64,000 nucleotides of DNA from Bacteroides sp. UBA1317 (GTDB lineage Bacteria > Bacteroidota > Bacteroidia > Bacteroidales > Bacteroidaceae). The first letter of the stretch is position 1. Each line of letters begins with the position of its first letter. Positions 9,711-19,255 of this stretch are shown piece after piece. The translations under genes were made by a program, and so were the position numbers. Below the pieces are notes generated by a model, which had not been told where the DNA came from, searched no databases, and saw nothing but the letters and a program-made list of their open reading frames with translations. Location of the stretch: the NCBI GenBank assembly GCA_002307035.1, contig DBTL01000091.1, forward strand, positions 11,175 to 75,174. The letters are read 5' to 3'.

Positions 9711-10907
9711 ATGGCAAAAGACAAACTGGTAACCCCGGATTATTGTCGCATCCTGGCGGCAAACTTTCTTTTGTTCTTTGCCTTTTATCTGATACTTCCT
9801 GTACTTCCATTCTACTTGACAGAAGTATTTCAAGCTAGTAATGCAGCTGTTGGCATCATCTTATCCTGTTACACCATTGCCGCACTTTGCATCCGCCCAT
9901 TCTCCGGTTATTTACTCGACACACTTGCGCGCAAACCACTTTACCTGATTGCTTATTTCATTTTCACAACCATCTTTGCCGGTTACCTGCTGGCAGGAGT
10001 ACTGATGCTATTCGTCATGTTGCGGGTAGTACATGGATTGGCTTTTGGCATGGTAACAGTAGCGGGCAACACCATCGTGATAGACATCACACCCTCTTCA
10101 CGTCGTGGAGAAGCGGTGGGATACTACGGACTGATGAATAACATGGCCATGAGCATCGGCCCTATGGTGGGACTTTTCATGCACGACACGTATTCCTTCC
10201 AAGCCATCTTCACGTTCTCATTAGCTTCAGGCTCTCTCGGATTCATCATGGCTTGTCTGGTTAAAACACCGGCAAAGCAACCTGTACAGAGTGAGCCGAT
10301 CTCGTTCGACCGATTTGTCTTACTGAAAGGTATTCCTGCAGGAGTTTCTTTGTTATTGCTTTCCATCCCTTATGGCATGACTAGTACCTACGTGGCTATG
10401 TATGCCAAAGAGATAGGTATCACAATCAGTTCAGGCCTCTTCTTTACTTTTATGGCAGTAGGTATGGCCGTATCACGCATGTTTTCGGGGAGGCAGGTAG
10501 ATAAAGGGCGCATCACGCAAGTCATCGCACTGGGGCTCTACCTGGTATGTTTCTGTTTCTTTGCGCTAAGTGCTTGTGGAATGTTAATCAAGTGGAATAC
10601 CACATTTGCCACCTACTTGTTTTTTGGCATAGCTCTGTTTCTCGGCATTGGTTTCGGTACCATGTTTCCGGCATTTAACTCTTTGTTCGTCAATCTGGCT
10701 CCCAACAGTAAACGCGGAACAGCCACGTCCACCTATCTTACATCATGGGATGTAGGCATCGGCATTGGGTTGATGTCTGGAGGATACATCGCACAAATCA
10801 CCTCTTTTGACGCAGCCTACCTTTTCGGTGCTTGCCTCACCGTAGTTTCTACCTTTTACTTTCGGTTAAAGGTGGCACCACACTTTGAGCGAAACAAACT
10901 GAGATAA
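9711..10907 (+). CDS. MFS transporter
   Basis: About 12 TM; motif-A-like SGYLLDTLARK; PSSRRGEAVG. Confidence 0.9.
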   Translation: MAKDKLVTPDYCRILAANFLLFFAFYLILPVLPFYLTEVFQASNAAVGIILSCYTIAALCIRPFSGYLLDTLARKPLYLIAYFIFTTIFAGYLLAGVLMLFVMLRVVHGLAFGMVTVAGNTIVIDITPSSRRGEAVGYYGLMNNMAMSIGPMVGLFMHDTYSFQAIFTFSLASGSLGFIMACLVKTPAKQPVQSEPISFDRFVLLKGIPAGVSLLLLSIPYGMTSTYVAMYAKEIGITISSGLFFTFMAVGMAVSRMFSGRQVDKGRITQVIALGLYLVCFCFFALSACGMLIKWNTTFATYLFFGIALFLGIGFGTMFPAFNSLFVNLAPNSKRGTATSTYLTSWDVGIGIGLMSGGYIAQITSFDAAYLFGACLTVVSTFYFRLKVAPHFERNKLR

Positions 10908-10944
10908 ATGCTTGTTCTGAGAAAGAAAACAAAATAAAAACAGG

Positions 10945-11619
10945 ATGAGAAAGAAAGAAAGATATGAAAGAGTGATTGCTTGGTTTCAGGAAAATGTACC
11001 CGTGGCCGAAACAGAACTGCACTACAACGATCCGTTCGAGCTTCTGATAGCCGTCATCCTTTCCGCTCAATGCACAGACAAGCGGGTGAACATGATTACC
11101 CCAAAGTTATTTAGTGACTTCCCTACCCCCGAAGCACTGGCTGCCAGCACTCCCGAAGTAGTGTTTGAATACATCCGCAGTGTCTCTTATCCGAATAATA
11201 AAGCCAAACATCTGGTCGGCATGGCACGCATGCTGACGAGTGACTTCGGTAGCCAAGTGCCAGCCGAATTGGAACAACTCATCAAACTCCCCGGTGTGGG
11301 GCGAAAGACAGCCAATGTCATTCAATCTGTCGTGTTCAACAAAGCCGCTATGGCAGTGGACACACATGTGTTTAGAGTCTCCAACCGCATCGGACTGACG
11401 ACCAATTCAAAGACACCTCTCGCTACGGAAAAAGAACTAATGAAATACATTCCCAAGAAGCTCGTGCCCATTGCTCATCACTGGCTCATACTGCACGGAA
11501 GATACATCTGCCAAGCCCGCACTCCAAAGTGCGAAGAGTGTGGCCTCAAGCCAATGTGTTCTTATTATTCCGACATGCATAAACTAAGTAAAGAGGCCGA
11601 AAAAGACAAGAATAAATAA
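10945..11619 (+). CDS. nth: Endonuclease III
   Basis: LSAQCTD, HhH LPGVGRKTA, VDTHV, 4Fe-4S motif C-x6-C-x2-C-x5-C. Confidence 0.97.
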   Translation: MRKKERYERVIAWFQENVPVAETELHYNDPFELLIAVILSAQCTDKRVNMITPKLFSDFPTPEALAASTPEVVFEYIRSVSYPNNKAKHLVGMARMLTSDFGSQVPAELEQLIKLPGVGRKTANVIQSVVFNKAAMAVDTHVFRVSNRIGLTTNSKTPLATEKELMKYIPKKLVPIAHHWLILHGRYICQARTPKCEECGLKPMCSYYSDMHKLSKEAEKDKNK

Positions 11620-11704
11620 TAAATTCATAGCAAAAAAGAGAAATATGTACTAACTTTGCGCTCATCGAAAAAAGTACTAACACTTTTAAATAAAATAGAG
11701 TATT

Positions 11705-12964
11705 ATGCAAACAATTGACCAATTCAATTTTGCCGGCAAAAAGGCATTCGTCAGAGTGGACTTCAATGTACCTTTGGACGAAAACTTCAACGTTACAGAT
11801 GACAATCGTATCCGCGCTGCTCTCCCTACTTTAAAGAAGATTCTTTCTGATGGTGGTAGCCTTATCATTGGTTCTCACTTGGGCCGTCCTAAAGGACCTA
11901 CTGATAAGTTCTCTTTGAAGCACATTGTAGCTCATGTATCTAAAGTACTAGGCGTTGAAGTGCAGTTTGCTAACGACTGCATAGGCGAAGAAGCTGTTGC
12001 TAAATCTGCTGCTCTGAAACCGGGCGAAGCCTTATTACTTGAAAATCTTCGCTTCTATGCTGAAGAAGAAGGTAAACCAAGAGGATTGGCAGAAGATGCT
12101 ACAGATGAAGAAAAAGCGGCTGCTAAAAAAGCAGTAAAGGCAAGCCAAAAGGAATTCACCAAGAAATTGGCTTCGTATGCTGATTGCTACGTGAACGATG
12201 CTTTCGGTACTGCTCACCGCGCACATGCTTCTACCGCACTGATTGCTGACTATTTCGATACTGACAGCAAGATGTTCGGTTACCTGATGAATAAAGAGGT
12301 AACTGCCGTTGATAAGATATTGAACGACATTAAGCGTCCGTTTACTGCTATCATGGGTGGTTCAAAGGTTTCTTCTAAAATAGAAATCATTGAGAACTTG
12401 CTTTCAAAGGTTGATAACCTGATTATCACGGGCGGTATGACCTTTACTTTTACTAAAGCGTTGGGCGGAAAGATCGGTTCTTCTATTTGCGAAGACGATA
12501 AAATGCCGTTAGCTTTAGAATTGATAGAGAAAGCAAAGAAGAATAATGTTAATCTAATCATTGCTGTGGATGCTAAGATAGCTGATAGCTTCTCAAATGA
12601 TGCCAACACTCAGTTTGTTGACGATGATGTAATACCTGACGGATGGTCTGGTCTTGATATTGGTCCTAAAACTGAAGAAATTTATGCGAAAGTAATCAAA
12701 GAATCAAAGACTATTCTTTGGAATGGTCCTACGGGAGTATTCGAATTTGAAAACTTCTCTCACGGTTCTAAGTCGGTAGGCGAAGCAATCGTTGAAGCGA
12801 CTAAGAATGGCGCTTTCTCACTAGTAGGTGGTGGTGACTCTGTAGCTTGTGTTAACAAGTTCGGTTTAGCTGACGGCGTATCTTACGTTTCTACAGGTGG
12901 TGGAGCATTGCTTGAGGCAATCGAAGGAAAAGTTCTTCCGGGTATCGCCGCAATCAAAGGATAA
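11705..12964 (+). CDS. pgk: Phosphoglycerate kinase
   Basis: [33 protein letters not shown]. Confidence 0.99.
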   Translation: MQTIDQFNFAGKKAFVRVDFNVPLDENFNVTDDNRIRAALPTLKKILSDGGSLIIGSHLGRPKGPTDKFSLKHIVAHVSKVLGVEVQFANDCIGEEAVAKSAALKPGEALLLENLRFYAEEEGKPRGLAEDATDEEKAAAKKAVKASQKEFTKKLASYADCYVNDAFGTAHRAHASTALIADYFDTDSKMFGYLMNKEVTAVDKILNDIKRPFTAIMGGSKVSSKIEIIENLLSKVDNLIITGGMTFTFTKALGGKIGSSICEDDKMPLALELIEKAKKNNVNLIIAVDAKIADSFSNDANTQFVDDDVIPDGWSGLDIGPKTEEIYAKVIKESKTILWNGPTGVFEFENFSHGSKSVGEAIVEATKNGAFSLVGGGDSVACVNKFGLADGVSYVSTGGGALLEAIEGKVLPGIAAIKG

Positions 12965-12984
12965 TTCTCGCAAAGCACATACTT

Positions 12985-13022
12985 ATAGGCAGCTTTCCCA
13001 CGGGAAGGTTGCCTATTTTTTT
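12985..13022 (+). terminator. Intrinsic terminator of pgk
   Basis: ATAGGCAGCTTTCC-cacg-GGAAGGTTGCCTAT followed by a T-run. Confidence 0.8.
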
Positions 13023-13047
13023 AATCTTATACTCTCAGAGCACCATC

Positions 13048-14013
13048 ATGAAGAAAATTCTACTTGTATGTTCTTCAATCCTTTTAATACTCTCGGGATG
13101 CACCGGAAGCAAAAAAGAGAAGGCTATTTCAATTGAGCTGCAACCCATCAATCTAGGGGCTATGTCCTCTATGGATTATGTTCCGTTTATCATCGCAGAG
13201 AAAGAAGGCATTTATGATTCTCTGGGATTGAAACTAAACATCGTGAAGTTCTTCTCGACCACCGACCGCGATGCCGCCTTTCAATCAGGTGACATAGACG
13301 GAACGATTATTGACTACACCAATGCCGCCATTCTGCAATCACACCACATCCCTTTGAAAATCGTGATGAAGAACGATGGCTATTTCTGCTTCATAGCTGG
13401 AAAAGAAAGCGGTATCAAATCACTCTCTCAACTAAAAGGGAAAAACATTGCCGTATCGCACAACAGCGTGATAGACTATGTTACGGACTTCATTCTCAAC
13501 AAGGCCGGCATTACTCTCGCAGAAGTGAATAAACCGGAAATAAACAACATTCCCCTCCGACTGGAGATGCTGCAATACGGACAAGTTGATGCATCTGTAT
13601 TTTCTGATCCTTTTGCCACCATCGCAATGAACAACGGACATAAATCACTCATCAGCACGCAGGAATTAGGCCTGTCGATTACTGGAACGGCCTTCTCAGA
13701 AAAGGCATTGAAGAATAAATCGGAAGAGATTAAACGACTGGTCAAAGGATATAATTTAGCTGTTGACTACATCCGAACGCATCCACTGAAAGAGTGGAGA
13801 CAGATACTGATAGAAGATGCCGGAGTGCCGGAAGCATTGGTAGGCATCATTGCCTTGCCGCAATATCAATATGCCGCTCTGCCTGCCGCCAAAGATCTGG
13901 AAGGCACCATTGCCTGGTTAAAGGCGAAGAATCTATTGCCGAACACGTATAGCATAAAAAGCCTCGTAGATTCCATCTATACACAACCTGATGTAGCAAC
14001 AGAGACCGAATAA
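13048..14013 (+). CDS. ABC-type substrate-binding lipoprotein (NMT1/SsuA/TauA-like)
   Basis: Start at MKKILL, lipobox LSGC; IAEKEGIY, RDAAFQSGDIDG, LKGKNIAV motifs. Confidence 0.8.
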   Translation: MKKILLVCSSILLILSGCTGSKKEKAISIELQPINLGAMSSMDYVPFIIAEKEGIYDSLGLKLNIVKFFSTTDRDAAFQSGDIDGTIIDYTNAAILQSHHIPLKIVMKNDGYFCFIAGKESGIKSLSQLKGKNIAVSHNSVIDYVTDFILNKAGITLAEVNKPEINNIPLRLEMLQYGQVDASVFSDPFATIAMNNGHKSLISTQELGLSITGTAFSEKALKNKSEEIKRLVKGYNLAVDYIRTHPLKEWRQILIEDAGVPEALVGIIALPQYQYAALPAAKDLEGTIAWLKAKNLLPNTYSIKSLVDSIYTQPDVATETE

Positions 14014-14061
14014 TAAAATAACCATATCCAACAAACACAAAATATCAATTAATCAAATTAT

Positions 14062-15081
14062 ATGAAACGTATTTTACTTATCGTTCTGGCTGTTATCACA
14101 TTAAGCAGCATCAAAGCTCAAGAAGAAGTCCAAAAAGTAATTAACACGCTGAAAGAACGCATCACACTGTCGGGATACGCACATGCGGGATATACGTATG
14201 ACGACTCAAAAGAGGTGGATAACACCTTCGAAATTAAGCGGATTATCTTCATGGCACACGGACAGATCACCAAAGAGTGGTCGTGCTACTTCATGTACAA
14301 TTTCAATGGAGGTGGGAACTTACTTGAAATGTACACCGACTATCAGTTCTTGCCGGGACTTACTGCTCGCCTTGGACAGTTTAAAACGGCATACGGCATC
14401 GAAAATCAGATGTCTCTCTCCGATGTTGAATTGATCAACTGTGGTTCGTTGGTAACCAACTATCTGGCCGGAATGGACAATAGTGATAAACTATACGGTA
14501 GCACCGGTGGCCGTGATGCAGGAGTAATGATTTACGGTGATCTGTTTGAGAAGCTTATCAGCTACAATCTTGGCGTAATGAATGGGCAAGGCATCAACAT
14601 TAAAGATCAGAATAACCAAAAGGATATTGTGGGTAGCTTGATGGCAAACCCTTTGAAATGGCTCTCAGTAGGTGGCTCATTCGTTAAGGGTAAAGGTTGT
14701 GCAGTAGCAACTTCCTCGATCAACCCTGATATAAAGGTGGGCGACAGTTACACTCGCAATCGTTGGGCTCTGGGAGCTGTAATAAAGACGAAGCCCCTGA
14801 ACTTACGCACCGAATATATGGGCGGAAAAGATGGTGAAGTGAAGAGTGACGGATTTTACGCCACGGCCAATTTTCATGTGCTCCCTAAGATCGACTTGAT
14901 TGCTTCTTACGACTATCTCAACAGAGACAAGCGGATAGCAGACAAGCAAACGGACTACGTGACAGGAGTGCAATATTGGTTCTACCCTCGTTGCCGACTG
15001 CAAGCCCAATACACTTTCTGCAACAAGACACAGCAAGATAATAGCAATTTGATTCAGGCACAGGTACAAGTGAGATTTTAA
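14062..15081 (+). CDS. Outer-membrane porin (OprO/OprP-like)
   Basis: Signal peptide; FEIKR, RLGQFK, RDAGV motifs; C-terminal QVQVRF beta-signal. Confidence 0.8.
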   Translation: MKRILLIVLAVITLSSIKAQEEVQKVINTLKERITLSGYAHAGYTYDDSKEVDNTFEIKRIIFMAHGQITKEWSCYFMYNFNGGGNLLEMYTDYQFLPGLTARLGQFKTAYGIENQMSLSDVELINCGSLVTNYLAGMDNSDKLYGSTGGRDAGVMIYGDLFEKLISYNLGVMNGQGINIKDQNNQKDIVGSLMANPLKWLSVGGSFVKGKGCAVATSSINPDIKVGDSYTRNRWALGAVIKTKPLNLRTEYMGGKDGEVKSDGFYATANFHVLPKIDLIASYDYLNRDKRIADKQTDYVTGVQYWFYPRCRLQAQYTFCNKTQQDNSNLIQAQVQVRF

Positions 15082-15109
15082 TCCTGCCGTAGAATATAAT
15101 CTCATTTTT

Positions 15110-15520
15110 TCACCCGAAACGCTTGACTTTGGATGCGAAATGTATTACCTTTGTTAGCGTAATCATAAAATAGTTTGAATTTTAATTACGGTAAAAGGAA
15201 GAAGTTGCGACTTCTTCCTTTTTTTGTGCCCAAACAGTTCGGATTGCCTCAACACAATGCTTTATCGATCAACTGGACGGTTCTCTTTACCCATCTGCAC
15301 GGCTCAGTTGAAGCATCTGCACGGTTCTCTTGCCAATTTGCACGGTTGCACTTCGCCCAAAAGACGGTTGCACTTCAGCAATCTGCTTATTTGTTAGCAT
15401 CCAAGCACCTTTATGTTTCCCAAAAACACCTATTTGCCTGTTCAATAATGCCTTTACCTTTTGGCTCCCGCCTCATTCGTTAATAATCAATAAATCGTCT
15501 CTTGACAAAAATAACCTCAT
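15110..15520. repeat. Dispersed intergenic element A, copy 1 (homologous to 53243-53611)
   Basis: Colinear shared blocks GCTTGACTTTGG..AAATGTATTAC..CGTAATCATAAA, AAGACGGTT..TGCTTATTTGTTA and TTAATAAT..TCTTGACAAAAA..CTCAT; internal degenerate ~22-bp repeats with a (C/G)ACGGTT core. Confidence 0.75.
15158..15225 (+). ncRNA. Putative ~68-nt small RNA, paralog 1
   Basis: -33 CTTG (15122-15125), -7 TACCTTTG (15146-15153), conserved CGTAATCATAAAATAGTTTGA, terminator AAGGAAGAAGT-tgcg-ACTTCTTCCTT+T5. No plus-strand ORF fits inside it; a paralog lies at 53291. Confidence 0.7.
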
Positions 15521-15635
15521 GGTCCCTAAAAAAAGACATTACATCTACTGTTTTATCACAACAAAAGAAGGTACTTATAAAATAATATTGTACATTTGCC
15601 AATATGATTAATACCTTAAAAAGCCCCTTAAAGCC

Positions 15636-16814
15636 ATGGAACAAAAAATTGCCGAGACAAACGCCCGCGTCGACGTAGCCGACGTATTGAGAGGATTAGC
15701 CGTAATGGGAATCATCATTTTACACAGCATCGAACACTTCAACTTCTACTATTTTCCCGAAAACGTCCCCTTTGAATGGATGAAGTTTACCGACCGTATT
15801 ATTTGGGACGGACTCTTCTTCACCTTCGGTGGCAAAGCCTATGCAGTCTTCGCTCTTCTGTTCGGTTTTAGTTTCTTTATTCAGAACGATAACCAACTAC
15901 GACGTGGAAAAGATTTCCGTCTGCGGTTTCTATGGCGACTGACTTTACTCTTTATCATCGGACAGTTCAACGCCTCCTTCTTTACTGGTGAAATACTGAC
16001 CATGTATGCTGTGATAGGTATCGTTCTACCCATCTGTTGCAAGTTAAGCGACCGTACGGTAGCGATCATTGGCACCCTCTTAATACTTCAACCCCTCGAC
16101 TGGGGAAAAGTGATTTATGCCCTCATCGATCCCAGCTATACTGCCAGACCAAGTTTGGGCAACTATTACTTTGGCGTAGCTTATGAAGTGCAGAAGAGCG
16201 GCACATTTCTCGAAACACTACGTATGAACATCTGGGAGGGACAACTGGCCAACTTTACATGGGCTTTTGAGCATGGACGCATCATGCAGACGGCAGGATT
16301 GTTCCTCTTCGGAATGCTCGTGGGCCGCAAGCGACTGTTCTTACACAGCGTCAGCACCGAGCAGCTATGGTTCAAATCATTGGGCATCGCCTTGCTCTGT
16401 TTCTTCCCTCTTTATGGATTGAATAATCTGTTACCCGGTTTCATCTCCCGAGCTGCCCTGCTCACCCCATTACAACTCATCATCAGCTCGCTGAGCAACC
16501 TTAGCTTTATGGTGATACTCGTTACCGGAGGCTTGCTAACCTTCTATCGGGTGAAAGACAGAAGCTTCCTGATGCGTTTTACCACTTATGGCAAGATGAG
16601 TATGACAAATTACATCGGTCAGTCGCTCATCGGCTCCCTACTTTTCTACCATTGGGGCTTCTTCCTTGGCAGATATATGGGCGTTACCTATAGTTTTATC
16701 TTTGGCATTGTTTTTGTGCTCTTTCAAATGGCTTTCTGCTCTTGGTGGTTGAAGAGTCACAAGCACGGTCCGTTCGAAGGACTCTGGAAACGCCTGACTT
16801 GGATTAGAAAATAA
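15636..16814 (+). CDS. DUF418 (YeiB-like) membrane protein
   Basis: RVDVADVLRGLAVMGI, FALLFGFSF, GKMSMTNYIGQS, GPFEGLWKRLT. Confidence 0.85.
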   Translation: MEQKIAETNARVDVADVLRGLAVMGIIILHSIEHFNFYYFPENVPFEWMKFTDRIIWDGLFFTFGGKAYAVFALLFGFSFFIQNDNQLRRGKDFRLRFLWRLTLLFIIGQFNASFFTGEILTMYAVIGIVLPICCKLSDRTVAIIGTLLILQPLDWGKVIYALIDPSYTARPSLGNYYFGVAYEVQKSGTFLETLRMNIWEGQLANFTWAFEHGRIMQTAGLFLFGMLVGRKRLFLHSVSTEQLWFKSLGIALLCFFPLYGLNNLLPGFISRAALLTPLQLIISSLSNLSFMVILVTGGLLTFYRVKDRSFLMRFTTYGKMSMTNYIGQSLIGSLLFYHWGFFLGRYMGVTYSFIFGIVFVLFQMAFCSWWLKSHKHGPFEGLWKRLTWIRK

Positions 16815-16825
16815 AAAAGAAAAAA

Positions 16826-19030
16826 ATGGCCGGAAATTATTATAATGAACTACAGACCAATGAACAGCATCAGCTAATCATTCACCTTATATATAACAAA
16901 AGACTCAAAGAAGCTTTGGCAATGCTTAGTCAGTATCTGCATGATAGTGCTGACTGGGAAATGCATCAAAAACTGGAGCAGATACAAACGTCTTATAGTT
17001 ATATGTTGCAATATATGCAGCAAGGTGTTGAAGATCCGGCCCGCAAAAAACTATACCTAAAACTTCTGGCCAGCGCAATGGAAATAGCCGACCAATCTCA
17101 CATAGATAAGCTTACAAGTATCTCGATCGACTATTACCACATCCTTAGGATGGGCTTGAGATCATTTCCTTTCGAAAGCCTGAAAAATTGTCGATTAACT
17201 CTGGAAGCATATATCGACAATTTAGCAGTGGCAAACATTCTTCCAAAGACGCCTAATGAAGAAGCTAACCAAGTGCGTAAACAACACGAAGAAACACTAA
17301 AAAAACTTTTTGAAGGAACATGGACTAACACTTTCTGGAGTGTAGAAGACGAAAGCGAAGCCGCTATGTTCATAAATTCAAAGCACATAACAACAAACGA
17401 TGCCAGTCTATTTGTCAGTGCCGTCACCCTTAGTCTAATGGAATGTTTTGACATAAAAAAAATGATGTGGCTCTTTGATGCCTATACCCATCCCATTGCA
17501 CAAATTAATCAACGAGCATTAGTGGGTATTATGTTCATCATACATCTATACACTGATTGCTTGGATTTTTATCCTGAGATAGCAGCACGCCTTTCATTAC
17601 TCAACGAAAATGAAACGTTCGGCAAAGAGATGAACCGGGCATACATCCAATGGCTACGCTGTCAGGAAACGGAGAAGATAGATAAGAAGATGCGAGAAGA
17701 AATCATCCCTGAAATGCTCAAGAAGGCAAATATGCGTGGCTTTAGATACGGCATTGAAGAGTCTGAAGAAGAGAATGACGATCAGAATCCTGATTGGAAA
17801 AATCCGAAACAATCGGATCTGGAAAACAAACTGCGCGAGATGAGCGAACTACAGATAGAAGGTGCGGATGTGTATATGAGTACATTCTCACAACTAAAAT
17901 CGTACCCGTTCTTTAAAACATTGAGCAACTGGTTCTACCCGTTCGACAAGCAACATTCCGCCATTATAAAAGAGTTTAACGACAACAACCAGGACGATAG
18001 TATCATCGACCTCGTGCTTGACTCAGGCTTCTTCTGCGACAGCGATAAATATTCCCTTTGCTTCACGATGATGCACATTCCTAAGAGTCAGCGAGAGATG
18101 ATGTTAAGCCAGCTTTCCGAACAGCAAATGGAAGAATTCAGCGATAAGCATACTGGTGAATCACTAAAGAAAGCCTCTCAACAGCCAGAAATTATTTGCA
18201 ATCAGTATCTTCACAGCCTATACCGTTTCTTCAAAGTTTACCCCCGCAAACGGGAGTTTCCGCCGATCTTTGATGGATACGTCTCTTTGCACAAATATCC
18301 GGTGCTTCGCGAAACGCTTCTCAAACCGGAATATTTAATGCAATTGGGCAATTATTATTTTAGTAAAGAACACCCCAAAGAGGCTGCCGAAGTGTATATG
18401 GAAGTTATTGGCCTCGTAGGTGGAAATGCAGATCTGTTTCAGAAGATAGGCTATTGCCGCCAAAAGGAAAAGAACTACGACCTTGCCATTGATGCTTACC
18501 TCAAAGCCGACATGATAAAACCCGACAATGTATGGACCAATCGCCACTTAGGCACTTGCTACCGCCTCACGAGAGCATATGCCAAAGCAACCGAATATTA
18601 TAGGAAAGTAGAAGCCGTGCAGCCGGAGAATCACAGCATACTCTTTCATATCGGTAGCTGCCTCGCCGAATTACAACGATACGAAGAAGCCTTGAACTAT
18701 TTTTTCAAACTCGACTTCATAGAAACGAACTGCGTAAGAGCATGGCGAGCTATTGCTTGGTGTTCCTTTGTAGAAGGAAAACATAAGCAAGCCATCAAAT
18801 ATTACGAGAAAGCAATAGAGAAATCACCATTGTGGCAAGATTTCCTTAACGCAGGTCACGTATTCTGGTGTATGGGAAAAATCAATAAAGCCATTGAAAT
18901 GTACTCAGAAGCCAAAACGTTATGCGCAAATCAGCCACTTTTCTTAGAACTCTTTCACGAAAATAGAGTGCAATTAGTGAAACAAGGAGTGAATGAAGAC
19001 GATATTCCACTGATGCTCGACTTGCTTTAG
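16826..19030 (+). CDS. Tetratricopeptide repeat protein
   Basis: Six to seven C-terminal TPR-like repeats (e.g. LFQKIGYCRQKEKNYDLAIDAYLKA). Confidence 0.85.
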   Translation: MAGNYYNELQTNEQHQLIIHLIYNKRLKEALAMLSQYLHDSADWEMHQKLEQIQTSYSYMLQYMQQGVEDPARKKLYLKLLASAMEIADQSHIDKLTSISIDYYHILRMGLRSFPFESLKNCRLTLEAYIDNLAVANILPKTPNEEANQVRKQHEETLKKLFEGTWTNTFWSVEDESEAAMFINSKHITTNDASLFVSAVTLSLMECFDIKKMMWLFDAYTHPIAQINQRALVGIMFIIHLYTDCLDFYPEIAARLSLLNENETFGKEMNRAYIQWLRCQETEKIDKKMREEIIPEMLKKANMRGFRYGIEESEEENDDQNPDWKNPKQSDLENKLREMSELQIEGADVYMSTFSQLKSYPFFKTLSNWFYPFDKQHSAIIKEFNDNNQDDSIIDLVLDSGFFCDSDKYSLCFTMMHIPKSQREMMLSQLSEQQMEEFSDKHTGESLKKASQQPEIICNQYLHSLYRFFKVYPRKREFPPIFDGYVSLHKYPVLRETLLKPEYLMQLGNYYFSKEHPKEAAEVYMEVIGLVGGNADLFQKIGYCRQKEKNYDLAIDAYLKADMIKPDNVWTNRHLGTCYRLTRAYAKATEYYRKVEAVQPENHSILFHIGSCLAELQRYEEALNYFFKLDFIETNCVRAWRAIAWCSFVEGKHKQAIKYYEKAIEKSPLWQDFLNAGHVFWCMGKINKAIEMYSEAKTLCANQPLFLELFHENRVQLVKQGVNEDDIPLMLDLL

Positions 19031-19051
19031 CAAATATGAAAAAGAACAGAG

Positions 19052-19128
19052 TGTTCGTTTTCGCACAGTACTACAAATCGATAAACTGCTGATTTTCAAT
19101 ATTTTACTTATTTGGCACATCTCTTGTA
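19052..19128 (+). promoter_or_regulatory. Putative sigma54 promoter with upstream activator site and IHF-like site
   Basis: TGTTCGTTTTCGCACA (19052-19067), TTTCAATATTTTA (19094-19106), TGGCACATCTCTTGTA (19113-19128). Confidence 0.55.
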
Positions 19129-19255
19129 TTCTTATTGACGATCAATTAATCTTAAAAAAAAGAGATTTATTGATGCAACTAAAAAAAGACTAGTTACGTC
19201 TAATAAGCATAAAAGACAAAGAGAATAATAAAAGAAACAATTAATAAGTAAGATT

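Noticed and set aside
12060-12150. Ala/Lys/Glu-rich insertion in Pgk
   Set aside because: As far as I recall this is a common feature of Bacteroidales Pgk; no intein or repeat hallmarks.
15175-15611. ORFs of 102 aa and 93 aa in the ORF track
   Set aside because: They run through the sRNA terminator and repeats, have TTG starts, and I found no equivalent ORF in the track for copy 2 of the element.
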